This document shows, in pieces, positions 16,121 to 28,100 of a stretch of DNA of 44,132 nucleotides. The position numbers and the translations under genes are program-made. Within the stretch, counting starts at the first letter, position 1. The number at the start of each line of letters is the position of its first letter. Location: positions 1-44,132 of the IMG/VR virus record IMGVR_UViG_3300029318_000016, one strand, 5' to 3'. Origin of the DNA: a virus. Taxonomy: Duplodnaviria; Caudoviricetes. The notes under the pieces are model-generated. The model was not told the origin of the DNA. It made no database searches and worked only from the letters and a program-made list of their open reading frames with translations.

Positions 16121-19100
16121 CTGAGAGCAATAATTCTAAGATCTGCAAATCTAGGTGCTTGTGATTGATTAGAACTAGACATTACGATTTTAATTCCATA
16201 TCCAGTAAATAAATCCAAATTGTCAACCGTAAATTCATATTCTAAAAATTCACCATCCAAACTTTCTCTAACCTTTCTATCTGGTAATCCACTGTTTTTG
16301 GATGGATCAACAACTAAGAAACCTTCAGTTGTTTGTTTGAGATTATCATATCCTGGGAATAAGTCATATGATTGTTCAATTTCACTAGAATCTGCTTTTA
16401 CTGTTGTATAGAGAAGTCTAAAGTCGGCATCTCCAGGTCTTTCTGCAGAAATAATAACTTTAAGTCCAGATGCTGGATTTTGAAGAGTTGTAATGTTTGA
16501 ATAATATACTGACGAATGTGGATCATCAACAATAGAGTTGACACGATTATCATTAGGATAATCAGTGATTGGTTTATTTAATCTGTTGATATTAAGTATA
16601 GAACCTGCTTGATCTAAATTCAATATTGGAGAAAGTGCATTGTTTGGATCATTTGAAGTAAATGTAATGGCAGTTGTAAATGATTTATTTCTTGGTAAAG
16701 ATGTCAAATATTCATTTTGATTTACTTCTGAAGCAACCATTCTTAAAGAAGATAATGAATTCATTGAATTTAATTGAACATCTTCATATCCATTATCATT
16801 AAATGAAACTTCTTGTCCATCTACACTGGTTGCGGTTGTCGTTCTAACCTTTGCTGTTGCAAAAGTAGTTGATCCTGGAGTAGTTATATCATATGATGGA
16901 TTGATTGAATTAAATACCAAGTTTTCAGAAGCAGTAACAGAGTCTCCTCCAATTAATTTTTCATCATTAAAGGATAATTGTGGGTAATTTTTTGTTGGAG
17001 ATATAGATCCATCGGAGGATCTATCTATTCCTTTAGTATTTGATCTATCAATTTTAACATAGTAACTATCAATGTCAATTGGAACATCATTAGAACTGGA
17101 TGCATCTGGAGAAATTGCAGTGTTAATTCCACTAATTCTTCTTAAAGAAACTCCACCAAATTCATATTTTTCAACAACACTATTTACTGAGTGATTAATT
17201 GCAATTGTTCCATCAATACCTCTTCCATTTGAATTTATAGTCAATGTGTTTCCACTTGCATTATTATATGCAATAATTTCACCTCCAATTTTTACATATC
17301 CAAGATTAGTTCCATCGACAGTTTGTCCCTCAAAAGTTGTAAAATCTGCTGTAGAACCTACATTTATAGATGAAGTTTCTCCGACAGTAAGTTCCGAATT
17401 TAATACTGTTGCTGGAACATCTGATTTGATGTTATCAATAACTAATTTATTGGTTCTTGAATACATTCCATGATTGAAATGATCTACTTTAAAGTAATTC
17501 CCAGAATAAATTCCACCATCAGCAGTAGAAGATATAATTGTAGTTCCTGCAACAGAAACAATTGTGGTGGGATCACTATAATAACTAACTGCTGCCCCCA
17601 CAGAAAATTCACGATTAGTACCACTACCACCAAATTCACCCTGAACATTAGTGAGATATAAAGTATCAACACCATGAACGGCAGCAATTGTTATCCTCGC
17701 ATCTCTACCTGTTTCTGTTGATGTCGATGAAGTTACAATTCCAACTACATCTCCAACTTGATATCCTGAACCATAATCTGGATGGAATGCTGAATGTGCA
17801 ACTCCAGTAATCACTCCATTTGAATTTGTAGTAATACGAAGTTTAAGTCCCTCACCTTTACCTGAATAATTAAATGTACTTACCACTACGTTAGATGCAC
17901 TTGCTGGATAATTCTGTCCAGCTTCAGTCAATGTTGTAGCATCACTGACAGAACTTCCTTGTCCAACAATAATAGCTGAACCATCATTATTGAAACCTCC
18001 AGCAAGTTTTCTGCCAACACCTAAAGTTGTAATCATATGAGCTGCAGTATTTGGATCCACTGTATCAATACCAATTCTTCCTGTTTTTGGAAGAACTGTA
18101 ATAGGATTATTAATTAATTTTGAAACATAATCATTACTCTGATCTAGAGGTGGATTATAGAAATAAGCAGTTCCAGAACTTTGTGTGAATTCTGCTTTAT
18201 AAAGTTTAAATTTCAGATCTTGGTTCTGATCAGTTGACCAAATAGATCCATTTTGAGACTTGAATAGAGATCCAAGAGCAAACTGTTTAGTATAAATGAC
18301 TTGATCAACATCAGGAAGTTGCTGTGTGTTAACAGTTTTATCTCCCATAACAGCCGTCCACACTTCATATTCATCACTTTGATCTGATATTAAAACTATT
18401 GCATACTCTCTACCAGGTGCCAAGAAAATTGGTTCTGGGAATCTAACATTTGTAGCAATTTCTCCAGTATTTGATGTTTGAATCAGTTGTGTTTCAACAC
18501 CATTAACACTGCCTCTTGGTCTAAGAGTCACTGGTTTTCCAATAGTTGTAAGTGTTGGTGTTCCCAACTGAGTTTCTCTCACTTCTACTCTTATTGGTGC
18601 ATTACCACTATCAATTCTGGCAAAAAATACATCTACAGATGTTAAAAATACTCCATTCACGTCGTCATCAGTATCAATATCAGATTTGACTTGAATATTT
18701 CCACCAACAGTAAATGTTTGTGCTAGAGGATCGGTATATTCAACATTAACAGATCTTGTCAGATTAAAGTTTGTAGTACTTGAAATATCTGTTCTTGTGG
18801 TTTCTCTTGTAACTGTTGCTTGGAATCTCAAAACAGTCCCATTTGCAGTATAGGATGTTTCTGCAAAAGAAATTTCATTGCTTCCAGGTAATCCTTTATC
18901 ATTTGTGGAACTAGACGTTAATTTATAAGTTTTTGTTCCTGCACGCAATCTAACACTTGGTGTTGGATTTGCATGTGGAGGTCTGATAAAGAATGATCCA
19001 TTAAGATCTCCAAAATTATCCGAAATTAATCTAATATTCTTTACAGAAGCAATAGCATTACTAGTTTGTCCAACTAATTGCATACCAGATTGAATATATC

Positions 19101-22100
19101 CAAAATATTCACCCTGTGCTCTCTTGCTAAGTGCATTAACATCAACATTGAGAACATTTGATGTGGAACTATAAACTGAACCTAAAATTTGAGATTTATT
19201 ATATGGATTTTGATTATATGTTGAATCTGGACTTGAAATACTTCCTGATTTATGATCAGGTCTACATACTCTAAATCTAATCCTTTCAACACCTCCTATA
19301 GATCCAATTACAGTTTCTCCAACTGTAAATGCTGCAGATACATTTTCAATTTCTATAAGTTTTGGAATTACATCAACTTCACTTCTTCCATCTAAGAATT
19401 GATAATATCTTGTATTTGGTTTTAAGTTGGATGCATTAAATTCTACATTTCTAGATCTAATAAAGAACTGATCATTAGTGCCGACTACTTCATTACGAAC
19501 ACTGGTATCTACAGTATCAAAAGATCCTCTAGAAGTGCTTGAGGTACTGAAAGAGAAATTTCCTGCCTGCCTTGCAGCATTTCTTCTTAGTTCTCTTCCC
19601 TCTCCTCCACGAACGAAGACATTGGACCTAGTATTAGAACTTAGATTATTAGTCAAACTGACATTATTTCTTCTAGTTATTCCACGATCAACATTTCTAT
19701 CTGCAAGTTGAACTGTTCTAGTCCAATTATCAACTGCAGGATTTAGTGTAACTGTGCCATTATAAACAACGATATTGAATGGATTTACATTTTCAATCTT
19801 AGTGGCAAATGGTTGTTCTAACCAATCAATCTGGTCATATGCAAGTGTTAATGAATTGCCAGTTTTTTCAACATTAGAATCTAAAAGAACTAGAGGAGTA
19901 GTTGAATACTTGTCCGAACTTAAATCTATATTTTCTGGGGTAAAATTATTTAAAGTAGCTACTAATGATTCTAACGAATTACTACTAATATCAGAATTAA
20001 GTGTTCTCGAATCTTGATCAACTAATGTTGTTGATTCAAAAGTATCAAACCTAGAATCATCAGAGAAGTCATCAACAAAGAATCCACTCTTAAATCTATC
20101 AGAACCTTCGGAGTCTTTTATCTGTAATGTTTGAGTATTGACTTCTAGTAAAGAGAGGGTCGTTACTCTTTCTAAATTTTCTACTCTATCTTCAATGATA
20201 CCAATATCTCTCATCGTATATCTTCTATTATCGGTTAAGATAATATTTGCATCAGATGCATTATAAAGATATGCAGGATATTCTATAGTTCCAAGTTCTA
20301 AAAATTCACCTTTTTTAGTTGGTGGTTTTGGATTTTTAGAGGATACTCCTTTGTCTACAACAAAATTTCCAAGAATATCAAGATAAATTTTATCTATTCT
20401 AGGAAGATAGAAACTTTGACTAATTATAGAACCCTCTTCAGGTGCCATAAGTCTCGATGGAGATCCAGTTAATGCCGTTGTTCTCGTATTGAAATCAAAT
20501 GGAGATCTATCAGTTGTTGTTGATGGATCAAAAACTGCTACTCTGGGTCTGAAATCTAAAGTATCTGTTGCTCTAATAGAACCACCGATATTTGGAATAT
20601 CTTTTGAGAATCTTTCACTATCATAACTGTCTACTGTAAATACATCTCCAACATCATTTGCAGGAACAGTATAATGATCAAAAATCACTAATAAACGTCT
20701 TGAAGGTTCTTGAGTATTCTTATTTCTTACGATTCTAGAATAATCATAATACTGATTTTTTTGTCCTCTGTTTAATTTGAAAGACTGTGTTATATTGCTA
20801 TAATCACCATATTCTATAGAGTCAATTTGAGCATTGAGTTGAGATTCTTCAAATTTTAGCACTTCCCCTACATCAAAAGTTTTGTCATTCAAATAAACAA
20901 TTCCTAATTTATTTACATTATTCGTAGCTAAGGGTGATGTGGTGCTATTCGATACAATTCTTGCCACAGCTCCACTATTTGGTCCAATAATATTTTCGCC
21001 GATTATTGCATTTGATCCAACATTTGCTATGCCTGCAAATGTAAGAACATCGAGAGTTGGATCAGAACTATTCAATGACTCATAAACAGCAACTACTTTG
21101 GAGACATCTGGATAATTCAAAGATATTTCTTCATCTTGAACTCTTAATCCATAATATTCGTTATAAGTTAATCCATCATTTTTAGAAGTTGCCGTAGCAG
21201 TACCAGACTCTTTTAATTTAGATCTATTTACAAAAATAACCCTACTTCTATCATAATTTTTAGTTTTACTCTGAATTCCAGTCTTAAGAGCGGTTACATT
21301 AACAACATTATTAGATGAGTTTGTCAATCCCTTTATAGTTACTACACTTGAAGTCTGACTAAAAGCATCTGATGATAGAGGTGCGATTACACCACTACTG
21401 TCAGTCAAGGAAAATCTCTCTTGATCGAAATTGACCCAAGTAGAATTTGGCAGACTAGTAATACCACTAATATTAAGTGTTAATGTGTTATTTGAAATAT
21501 TTTGACCCGCTAACTGTTCGATCACAAATAATTGTGAAGTGGAAAGATCAACTGCAGAAGCATTTTGCTCTGGTAATGGTGCAAATAATGTTCCAGATCC
21601 TTTTATAACGGGTGCACCTAAGAATCCATTAACTTGAATTTCTGATGTTGGCAAACCACCTTCAAAAACTCCAAGAACATTGCTGATGCCACTTGACCCG
21701 TCCGATATTCCGGAAATCTCAAATGACAATGCATCTGCTGCGACACTAGTTACTCTATTATAAGTTTCTGTAGATAAACCAGCTTGCTGATATCTAATTA
21801 CAGTATCGGTATTAATTCCAACAAAAGTACGTCCAGGAGAAGTTACTGTGGAAATACCAGTTCCAGTATCTACTGCAGTTATTGTCAATTGAGATATAGA
21901 ACCGGGAAAACTGAATAAATCTAAAATTGAATCTGCCTTAAATTCTGGTAAATTACCATCTATAGCTTGTTTTACAGATTTGATATTTTGTGTATTATAC
22001 GCACGAACTTCCTTCACAGATCTTGAAGACTCTATGCCATTAATCAATAAAATTTCACCTTTAGCAAACGTTCCAGAAGTCTGCCTCAAGAAAATTTCAT

Positions 22101-23586
22101 CGGATGCTCCATCTGCTATTGCAAAACCACTGGCTCCTGTGCTCTTTCCTTTAATAAGGAAAGACTCTTTTAAATCTGATGCTGTAACAGCACTATTTAA
22201 AGTTAGTAATGTATATGTTTGAATATCATATAATCTTAAGTCCCAACTAGTAGTTGCATCAATATATGGAGAATCTGTTAAATTAAATGAATATACTCTA
22301 GCTTCTCCAATTTGACCTCCCACGCCTCCTAATTGGGAATATAGTTGAATTGTTTTTCTTAAATGTGCTAATCCAGTTACATTATTAACTTTTAATATAT
22401 TTCCCATTTCAAATGGGACTGTAACATTTTTAATATCCTCAGTATCTCTTGGTTTATCAATATCAATAGTAGTGGATGATATTTTTTCAATATCATACCC
22501 CTTAACATATGCCTTTCCTGGTGATATTTTTAATGCAGATAAATTATCTGAAGGAGTATTTCCTTCATCAGTTTTTTCATTGGAGAAATATACACCATCA
22601 TTACCCAATCTATTATTTAAAGACTCTTCTAGATCTAGATCAAATGAATTTACCGTATAATTTCCAGACTCATCAAATGTTCTTCTTGCTAACTCATCAC
22701 GAATCAAATTATAAGTAGTTTTTGTTATTATCTTTTTAACTTTTCCATTTTTCAACCTTAGTAACTCTACAAAATTAGTATCATTAGTATCTGTTAATGA
22801 TCTTTTTGCAAGAGTTAATGTAATTTGTAATCTATCCGCACCAGGTGATGCATAATTTGAAAATCCCTTCGCATTATCGAATAAAGACTCATCGTCTTTT
22901 GCATTGATTAAGGATTCATTAATTTCTAATCCAACTCTATATGATGGAGTATTTGTATAAAAGTCTAAAAGAATTGTTTGATCTAAGACATTTACAAAAT
23001 ATCCTCTTATAAAGTAAACACCATTAGCAATTGATGCAGATGATCCTATTGCAGTTGCATCAGAATTAATTGCCGAAGCAAATGGAGTTCCAGAATTTAT
23101 TGTAGTATTTCCATAAACAACATTTTTATTAGAAGTCAATAATTCTCCATCTTGGAATTGTGTAAATTGCGAATTATTATCAGACTCTAGATATTTTACA
23201 TATAAAGTTATATACTCTACATCATCACTTTCTGTTGGCAAAACTACCTTTTGAACTCTAGCAGTAACTCCAGAAACCTGACCTGTTATCGTTTCTCCAA
23301 CAAATCTGTCAATATATAACGATATATCAATTCCAAATTGTGTGGTATTTAATTTTACGGCGTAAAACTGCCCATCATATGAAGGATTTCCTGGAATAAC
23401 AACAGATCCTTCTTTAAATATATGAGTTCCAAATTTTTCTACTTGATTTTGAAGAATCGACTGTAGAGTCGTCAGTTCTCTAGACTGAACTGGATATCCT
23501 GGTTTAAATAAAACTTTTAGAAAGTTTTTTGTAGAGTCAAAATCATCATAATATGGATTGACATTTAAATTTGTTTTTTGCGACAT
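16117..23586 (-). CDS. Large virion structural protein, VrlC/DUF4815-like
   Basis: NLNVNPYYDDF, LFKPGYPVQSRELTTLQSILQNQ, PGADRL, RRTFDESGNY, GFFVDDF, DPLAQTF, GSLFKSQNGSIW motifs. Confidence 0.88.
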   Translation of the reverse strand: MSQKTNLNVNPYYDDFDSTKNFLKVLFKPGYPVQSRELTTLQSILQNQVEKFGTHIFKEGSVVIPGNPSYDGQFYAVKLNTTQFGIDISLYIDRFVGETITGQVSGVTARVQKVVLPTESDDVEYITLYVKYLESDNNSQFTQFQDGELLTSNKNVVYGNTTINSGTPFASAINSDATAIGSSASIANGVYFIRGYFVNVLDQTILLDFYTNTPSYRVGLEINESLINAKDDESLFDNAKGFSNYASPGADRLQITLTLAKRSLTDTNDTNFVELLRLKNGKVKKIITKTTYNLIRDELARRTFDESGNYTVNSFDLDLEESLNNRLGNDGVYFSNEKTDEGNTPSDNLSALKISPGKAYVKGYDIEKISSTTIDIDKPRDTEDIKNVTVPFEMGNILKVNNVTGLAHLRKTIQLYSQLGGVGGQIGEARVYSFNLTDSPYIDATTSWDLRLYDIQTYTLLTLNSAVTASDLKESFLIKGKSTGASGFAIADGASDEIFLRQTSGTFAKGEILLINGIESSRSVKEVRAYNTQNIKSVKQAIDGNLPEFKADSILDLFSFPGSISQLTITAVDTGTGISTVTSPGRTFVGINTDTVIRYQQAGLSTETYNRVTSVAADALSFEISGISDGSSGISNVLGVFEGGLPTSEIQVNGFLGAPVIKGSGTLFAPLPEQNASAVDLSTSQLFVIEQLAGQNISNNTLTLNISGITSLPNSTWVNFDQERFSLTDSSGVIAPLSSDAFSQTSSVVTIKGLTNSSNNVVNVTALKTGIQSKTKNYDRSRVIFVNRSKLKESGTATATSKNDGLTYNEYYGLRVQDEEISLNYPDVSKVVAVYESLNSSDPTLDVLTFAGIANVGSNAIIGENIIGPNSGAVARIVSNSTTSPLATNNVNKLGIVYLNDKTFDVGEVLKFEESQLNAQIDSIEYGDYSNITQSFKLNRGQKNQYYDYSRIVRNKNTQEPSRRLLVIFDHYTVPANDVGDVFTVDSYDSERFSKDIPNIGGSIRATDTLDFRPRVAVFDPSTTTDRSPFDFNTRTTALTGSPSRLMAPEEGSIISQSFYLPRIDKIYLDILGNFVVDKGVSSKNPKPPTKKGEFLELGTIEYPAYLYNASDANIILTDNRRYTMRDIGIIEDRVENLERVTTLSLLEVNTQTLQIKDSEGSDRFKSGFFVDDFSDDSRFDTFESTTLVDQDSRTLNSDISSNSLESLVATLNNFTPENIDLSSDKYSTTPLVLLDSNVEKTGNSLTLAYDQIDWLEQPFATKIENVNPFNIVVYNGTVTLNPAVDNWTRTVQLADRNVDRGITRRNNVSLTNNLSSNTRSNVFVRGGEGRELRRNAARQAGNFSFSTSSTSRGSFDTVDTSVRNEVVGTNDQFFIRSRNVEFNASNLKPNTRYYQFLDGRSEVDVIPKLIEIENVSAAFTVGETVIGSIGGVERIRFRVCRPDHKSGSISSPDSTYNQNPYNKSQILGSVYSSTSNVLNVDVNALSKRAQGEYFGYIQSGMQLVGQTSNAIASVKNIRLISDNFGDLNGSFFIRPPHANPTPSVRLRAGTKTYKLTSSSTNDKGLPGSNEISFAETSYTANGTVLRFQATVTRETTRTDISSTTNFNLTRSVNVEYTDPLAQTFTVGGNIQVKSDIDTDDDVNGVFLTSVDVFFARIDSGNAPIRVEVRETQLGTPTLTTIGKPVTLRPRGSVNGVETQLIQTSNTGEIATNVRFPEPIFLAPGREYAIVLISDQSDEYEVWTAVMGDKTVNTQQLPDVDQVIYTKQFALGSLFKSQNGSIWSTDQNQDLKFKLYKAEFTQSSGTAYFYNPPLDQSNDYVSKLINNPITVLPKTGRIGIDTVDPNTAAHMITTLGVGRKLAGGFNNDGSAIIVGQGSSVSDATTLTEAGQNYPASASNVVVSTFNYSGKGEGLKLRITTNSNGVITGVAHSAFHPDYGSGYQVGDVVGIVTSSTSTETGRDARITIAAVHGVDTLYLTNVQGEFGGSGTNREFSVGAAVSYYSDPTTIVSVAGTTIISSTADGGIYSGNYFKVDHFNHGMYSRTNKLVIDNIKSDVPATVLNSELTVGETSSINVGSTADFTTFEGQTVDGTNLGYVKIGGEIIAYNNASGNTLTINSNGRGIDGTIAINHSVNSVVEKYEFGGVSLRRISGINTAISPDASSSNDVPIDIDSYYVKIDRSNTKGIDRSSDGSISPTKNYPQLSFNDEKLIGGDSVTASENLVFNSINPSYDITTPGSTTFATAKVRTTTATSVDGQEVSFNDNGYEDVQLNSMNSLSSLRMVASEVNQNEYLTSLPRNKSFTTAITFTSNDPNNALSPILNLDQAGSILNINRLNKPITDYPNDNRVNSIVDDPHSSVYYSNITTLQNPASGLKVIISAERPGDADFRLLYTTVKADSSEIEQSYDLFPGYDNLKQTTEGFLVVDPSKNSGLPDRKVRESLDGEFLEYEFTVDNLDLFTGYGIKIVMSSSNQSQAPRFADLRIIALR

Positions 23587-23592
23587 TTTTCT

Positions 23593-25167
23593 TTAGAATT
23601 CCAGAATAATTTTGATGTCTTCTTTTTGCCTAGAGTCTCTCGTTACAAGAGAACGATTATCAATGTAAATAATATCTCCCGTGTTTTTATTTATCTCAGG
23701 TTCAGCAACACCTCCAGAGAAAGTTACTCCCAAACTTACTTGTTTGGATCCAACTATTGTTGTAATTCCACTAAAAGCTATATCAACTGATCCAGTAATT
23801 GGAGATATATCATTTGTTGTTGAAGCAAAACTAACAACATTTGCTTTTGCTGTAACATCATTTCTATCAGTTTGATCAAGAGTATTTCCAAAATTCAAAG
23901 ATCGGTCTTGATAATATTTTAAAACTCTTGTTTCTGCATCATAAGATGCAATATAACCTCTAGCAGTTCCGTTATCAGTAGATTGAGTTATTGCTGTACC
24001 AACAGTAGGTGATCCACTAAATGCGCTAGTTAACTTAATAGATCCTAATGAGGAGTATTGACTTCCGGTAAAAATTGTTCCTGCTAAACTGTATTTTTCT
24101 GGATTTTTGACAATTCCAACTTGAGCAAATTTTGTGTCAGTTGGAAAATCTTTAGTAGAATCATCAAATCTAGAATAAACTAAAACCTTATCAGCACCCA
24201 ATTCTGAATATAAATCATAACCATGTCCTCTAGATGGAGGAATAATTGGAATTAATTTTGCTGGATTTGGAATATTTTGATTACTCTCATGTCCAAAATC
24301 AACAATACCAAAAGTATATCCACTACCACCAGAAACAACAGTTGCTTTTGTAATAGAACCAGACGTATCAACCTCTATGTTTACCTGTGCTCCTGTTCCA
24401 TCACCCTTAATATCATAAGTTCCTGCTTTATAAATCCCACTCCCACCGTTTTCGATATATACAGTTTTTATCTGATTATTATTTACTATAGAATCTCCAG
24501 AATCTCTTACACTTTGAATTTGAAAATCAGTAGATGTTCCCCAATCATTTGGAAGAACAATATATTCTGTCGAATCAAACTTGACAATATCACTAGGAGA
24601 TATTGTAAACAAATATTTCCAAATATATCCATCTCCACTAGTTCCTGCCGCGGATGGTTCTAAATCTGTAAAAGTTGGTTCATCTTGAGATGTATTTCCA
24701 TTTACATTGGATGCTCCTCCAATATCACCATGAGATCCATTATAAAGACAAATATAAACTTTAAATTCACTATTTACAACATAGTAGTTAGTATCATAAA
24801 GTCTTGCACTTTGAGCATTTGGGGATAAATTAAAAATACTATAGTCATGACGATACATGTCATACTTGGTATTTGAAGTCCAGGAAACTTTTCTTACAAT
24901 TCTTCTAACATTAGAACTGGTCAATTTTTTACCAAACAATGAAGTATTTCTATAATGACTCAAATATTGTTGATTATCAACAGGACTTGGGGGATTTGAT
25001 GGAGTATCTCCCCATGAAGTGCTTCTACCAAATCCCACAGGACTAGATGTTGTTCCCGGATTTGATAATCCTAGAAAAACATAATATGAATTATTAGTGT
25101 CTAATATAGAATCTACAAAATTATTAGCATTCGCAATTCTAAATTGGTCTGTTACTATAGCAGCCAT
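23593..25167 (-). CDS. gp8: Baseplate wedge subunit gp8
   Basis: MAAIVTDQFRI, YDMYRHDY, VYICL, DGYIWKYLFTI, GDIIYIDNR...QKEDIKIILEF. Confidence 0.92.
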   Translation of the reverse strand: MAAIVTDQFRIANANNFVDSILDTNNSYYVFLGLSNPGTTSSPVGFGRSTSWGDTPSNPPSPVDNQQYLSHYRNTSLFGKKLTSSNVRRIVRKVSWTSNTKYDMYRHDYSIFNLSPNAQSARLYDTNYYVVNSEFKVYICLYNGSHGDIGGASNVNGNTSQDEPTFTDLEPSAAGTSGDGYIWKYLFTISPSDIVKFDSTEYIVLPNDWGTSTDFQIQSVRDSGDSIVNNNQIKTVYIENGGSGIYKAGTYDIKGDGTGAQVNIEVDTSGSITKATVVSGGSGYTFGIVDFGHESNQNIPNPAKLIPIIPPSRGHGYDLYSELGADKVLVYSRFDDSTKDFPTDTKFAQVGIVKNPEKYSLAGTIFTGSQYSSLGSIKLTSAFSGSPTVGTAITQSTDNGTARGYIASYDAETRVLKYYQDRSLNFGNTLDQTDRNDVTAKANVVSFASTTNDISPITGSVDIAFSGITTIVGSKQVSLGVTFSGGVAEPEINKNTGDIIYIDNRSLVTRDSRQKEDIKIILEF

Positions 25168-25184
25168 ATTACATAGTTTTTAGA

Positions 25185-25192
25185 TATTTATA
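25185..25192 (-). promoter_or_regulatory. Late promoter TATAAATA for gp8
   Basis: Exact consensus in the gp7-gp8 intergenic gap. Confidence 0.8.
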
Positions 25193-25196
25193 TCGT

Positions 25197-28100
25197 TTAG
25201 TTTAGTGTTTCTGGAAGTGCACCTGTATCTCTAAGTCCTTCGTTCCTTCTTTGAATTGTTGGGAAGGTAGATAATCCAACATCAACTGTTTTTCCAGAAA
25301 CTCCAATGGCAATTGGAGAAGATGATCTAATAGAATTACCAGATAATCTACCCCAAGAGAATGTGCCAGTATTTCCATTAGCAGTTAGTCCAGTAACATC
25401 AGTTCCAGAATCAATATTGCAGGTAATAATTCCAACACTTCCGTTAGCAGATATTTGTCTAACATAATAAACATTATCTACAAATGTTGTTCCAATACCA
25501 ACTACGGCAGCATTTGAATCATCTACTGATGTTACTCCACTTCCAATTGTGGTATTTTTAATAAGTATTGGGAATCCAACATCTAAAGTATTAGAACCAC
25601 TATTGAATATATTTGGAGATACATCAAGTGTAAATTTAAGTGCTTTTGAATGGCCACTAGTAGGAGTGACTGCTTCAATTTCAGTCACATTTCCAGAGAA
25701 ACCTCTTATAGTTTCAATCTTATTCAAATTCTCAAAATTGGTATTGGGAAGTGGTACAATAGTTTTTGGTTCTACTGTATAACCAAATCCAGGATTTGTT
25801 ATTGTAGTTGCTGTAATTGCTCCGTTAGTAACAGTCGCTGTTGCAGTAGCAGTTGTTCCTACACCTACATTTTGTGGATCGTCGATTTGTAAAGGATTTT
25901 GGAATTTAATATTGACAGTAGATCCAACATATCCACTTCCAGAATTTCCTGGATCAATAGTAAGAGAAGAGACAGTTCCACCAGCACCGATTGTTGCAGT
26001 TATATTTGCCGGAGATGGATCTTCTTTACCATCAATAATTATACCTTCAAAGGTATAAGTTTTAGAAACATCATTTGATTCTTCATAACCAAAATTGCTT
26101 ATATCATCAACAAAAATTTCTGTATCAGAAGTCCCAACATCTTTAATAATTTTTGCGGTTGGATAAATTTGAGCAATTATAGATTGTCTCTTTTTAGAAA
26201 CAAATTCACCGTTAATTTGTCTATCAATTTTTTGTTTCGTCCAAGACATTGGTTTTAAATTTATCTCGTCAATTCCTTCATCAACATATAAACTAGTTTC
26301 AAATTTATCGGACGATGTTAAATCAAAGATTGTTCTCGAATCTTGCGTTTTTGTTTCAAGAATAGTATCATTTTTATAAATTCTAATAATGTCACCTTTT
26401 TCTAAAGTTGGAGGAACATTATTTACTTGAAGATCATCTTGTCCTCTTGTTCCTCTATAATAGAAAATATCAATTTTATCCTCTGGTTTGGGTGCAACAC
26501 TAAACGAGAATGATGTTCCACCATCAAATACATAAGATTCTCCAGGTTCTTGAAGAATTCCATTTAAAAATATTATTAATAAATTTTGTAGATCAAAAGA
26601 AGAGTCTTCAGGTTGCTGGAAACTTAATAATGATCCATTATAAAATAGTGGAAATACTACTCTAAATCCATCTTGGAAGTTCTTAACAGAATCAATATAA
26701 TCAAGTTCTCCAAATTGCCAAGAAGCAAAATTGTCATTAAATACTTCCAATACTGTCAGTTCAAATTCTGATAATGGAGATGTTAAACCTGCAGCAGTTA
26801 CAAGTCCAACAGGTTTAAATACATCACCTTTTCTGAATGAATATCCACTTCTCGCAATATTAAAATTATTCACAGAATGATATGTTGATCCAATACCTGT
26901 AGTCGAACTTGCTCCAACATTAATATTGAGCAATAATCCAATTCCAGTATCTGTTGTTGGACCCAATCCAACTCTAGACACACCAGTAACTTCAAGATTT
27001 TCATATGAAGGTTCAGAAACAAATATTTGTGTTTGATTAGAATAATTGGATCCACCATTAGTTATATTGAATGTCAATGTTCCTCCTGTTCCTACAGGTG
27101 AAGCAGTTATTACTGCACCGGAACCATTTCCAGTTGGATCAACAATAGAAACACCGATTGATACTATAGAATTATATCCTGATCCAAAGGTTCCACCTGT
27201 TATTCCTGTAGTAAGACCTGTTATAGTTCCACTACCATTAATGATAGCAGTAACAGCAGCACCGACAAGTGGTGCATATCCTTGACCACCAGTAGATCCA
27301 AGAGAGATAATGACTCCACCTCTGGGAAGTTGATTTTGATTTACATCAGATTCTGATATCAAAAGACTAGTAGGATCTGAATTGTCTGTTCTAATTCCAC
27401 TAAAAATAATAGAAGATGGTCCATCTACACGGGTAACGGTAAACACCACATCTGTGCTCGACCATGATGGACTAGTGACCGTAATTGTATCACCGACTTC
27501 ATATCCAGTACCTCCATCATTAATAGTTGGAGTAGCACCAATTGGATAAGAAGGTCCTAAACCAATAGTAACATCAAATTCAATATCAGTAGTGGATCCT
27601 CCAGCATTAGCGGTTACAGTATGGGTGCCACTGGAGCTGTTAGATGTATATCCACTGGTATATTCTAAAGTTAACACTGGTGAAGGTGGATATCCAACTG
27701 AGGTTGGATCAATGATTGAAAAATTATTTAATGGATTATTTTCAGTTGTTGGTGTTTGGAAGATGCCATTAATAAATACAACTCCATTTCCACCAGTTGT
27801 TCCAATTCCAGTGGTATTTGATCCACCAACAGTTATTGCAAAAGTTCTGCCAATTCCAGTAAACTCATCAGAAAAGTCATCAAAAATTTCATTCGTAGTA
27901 TAATCCTTTCTAAGGAATACTCTTCCAGTAAAATCTGAGGTTTCAAATTTTAAATTATTTTCAGTTCTAGTAATATTTGAATTTCCTCTGGGTGGATTTG
28001 TAAAGAAAATACTATCTCCAACAATATTGTAAGATCCTCTGTATATTCTTGTTGAAGTTGCATCAGTATGTGATGCTGCAGTTGATCCTACATGACCTCT

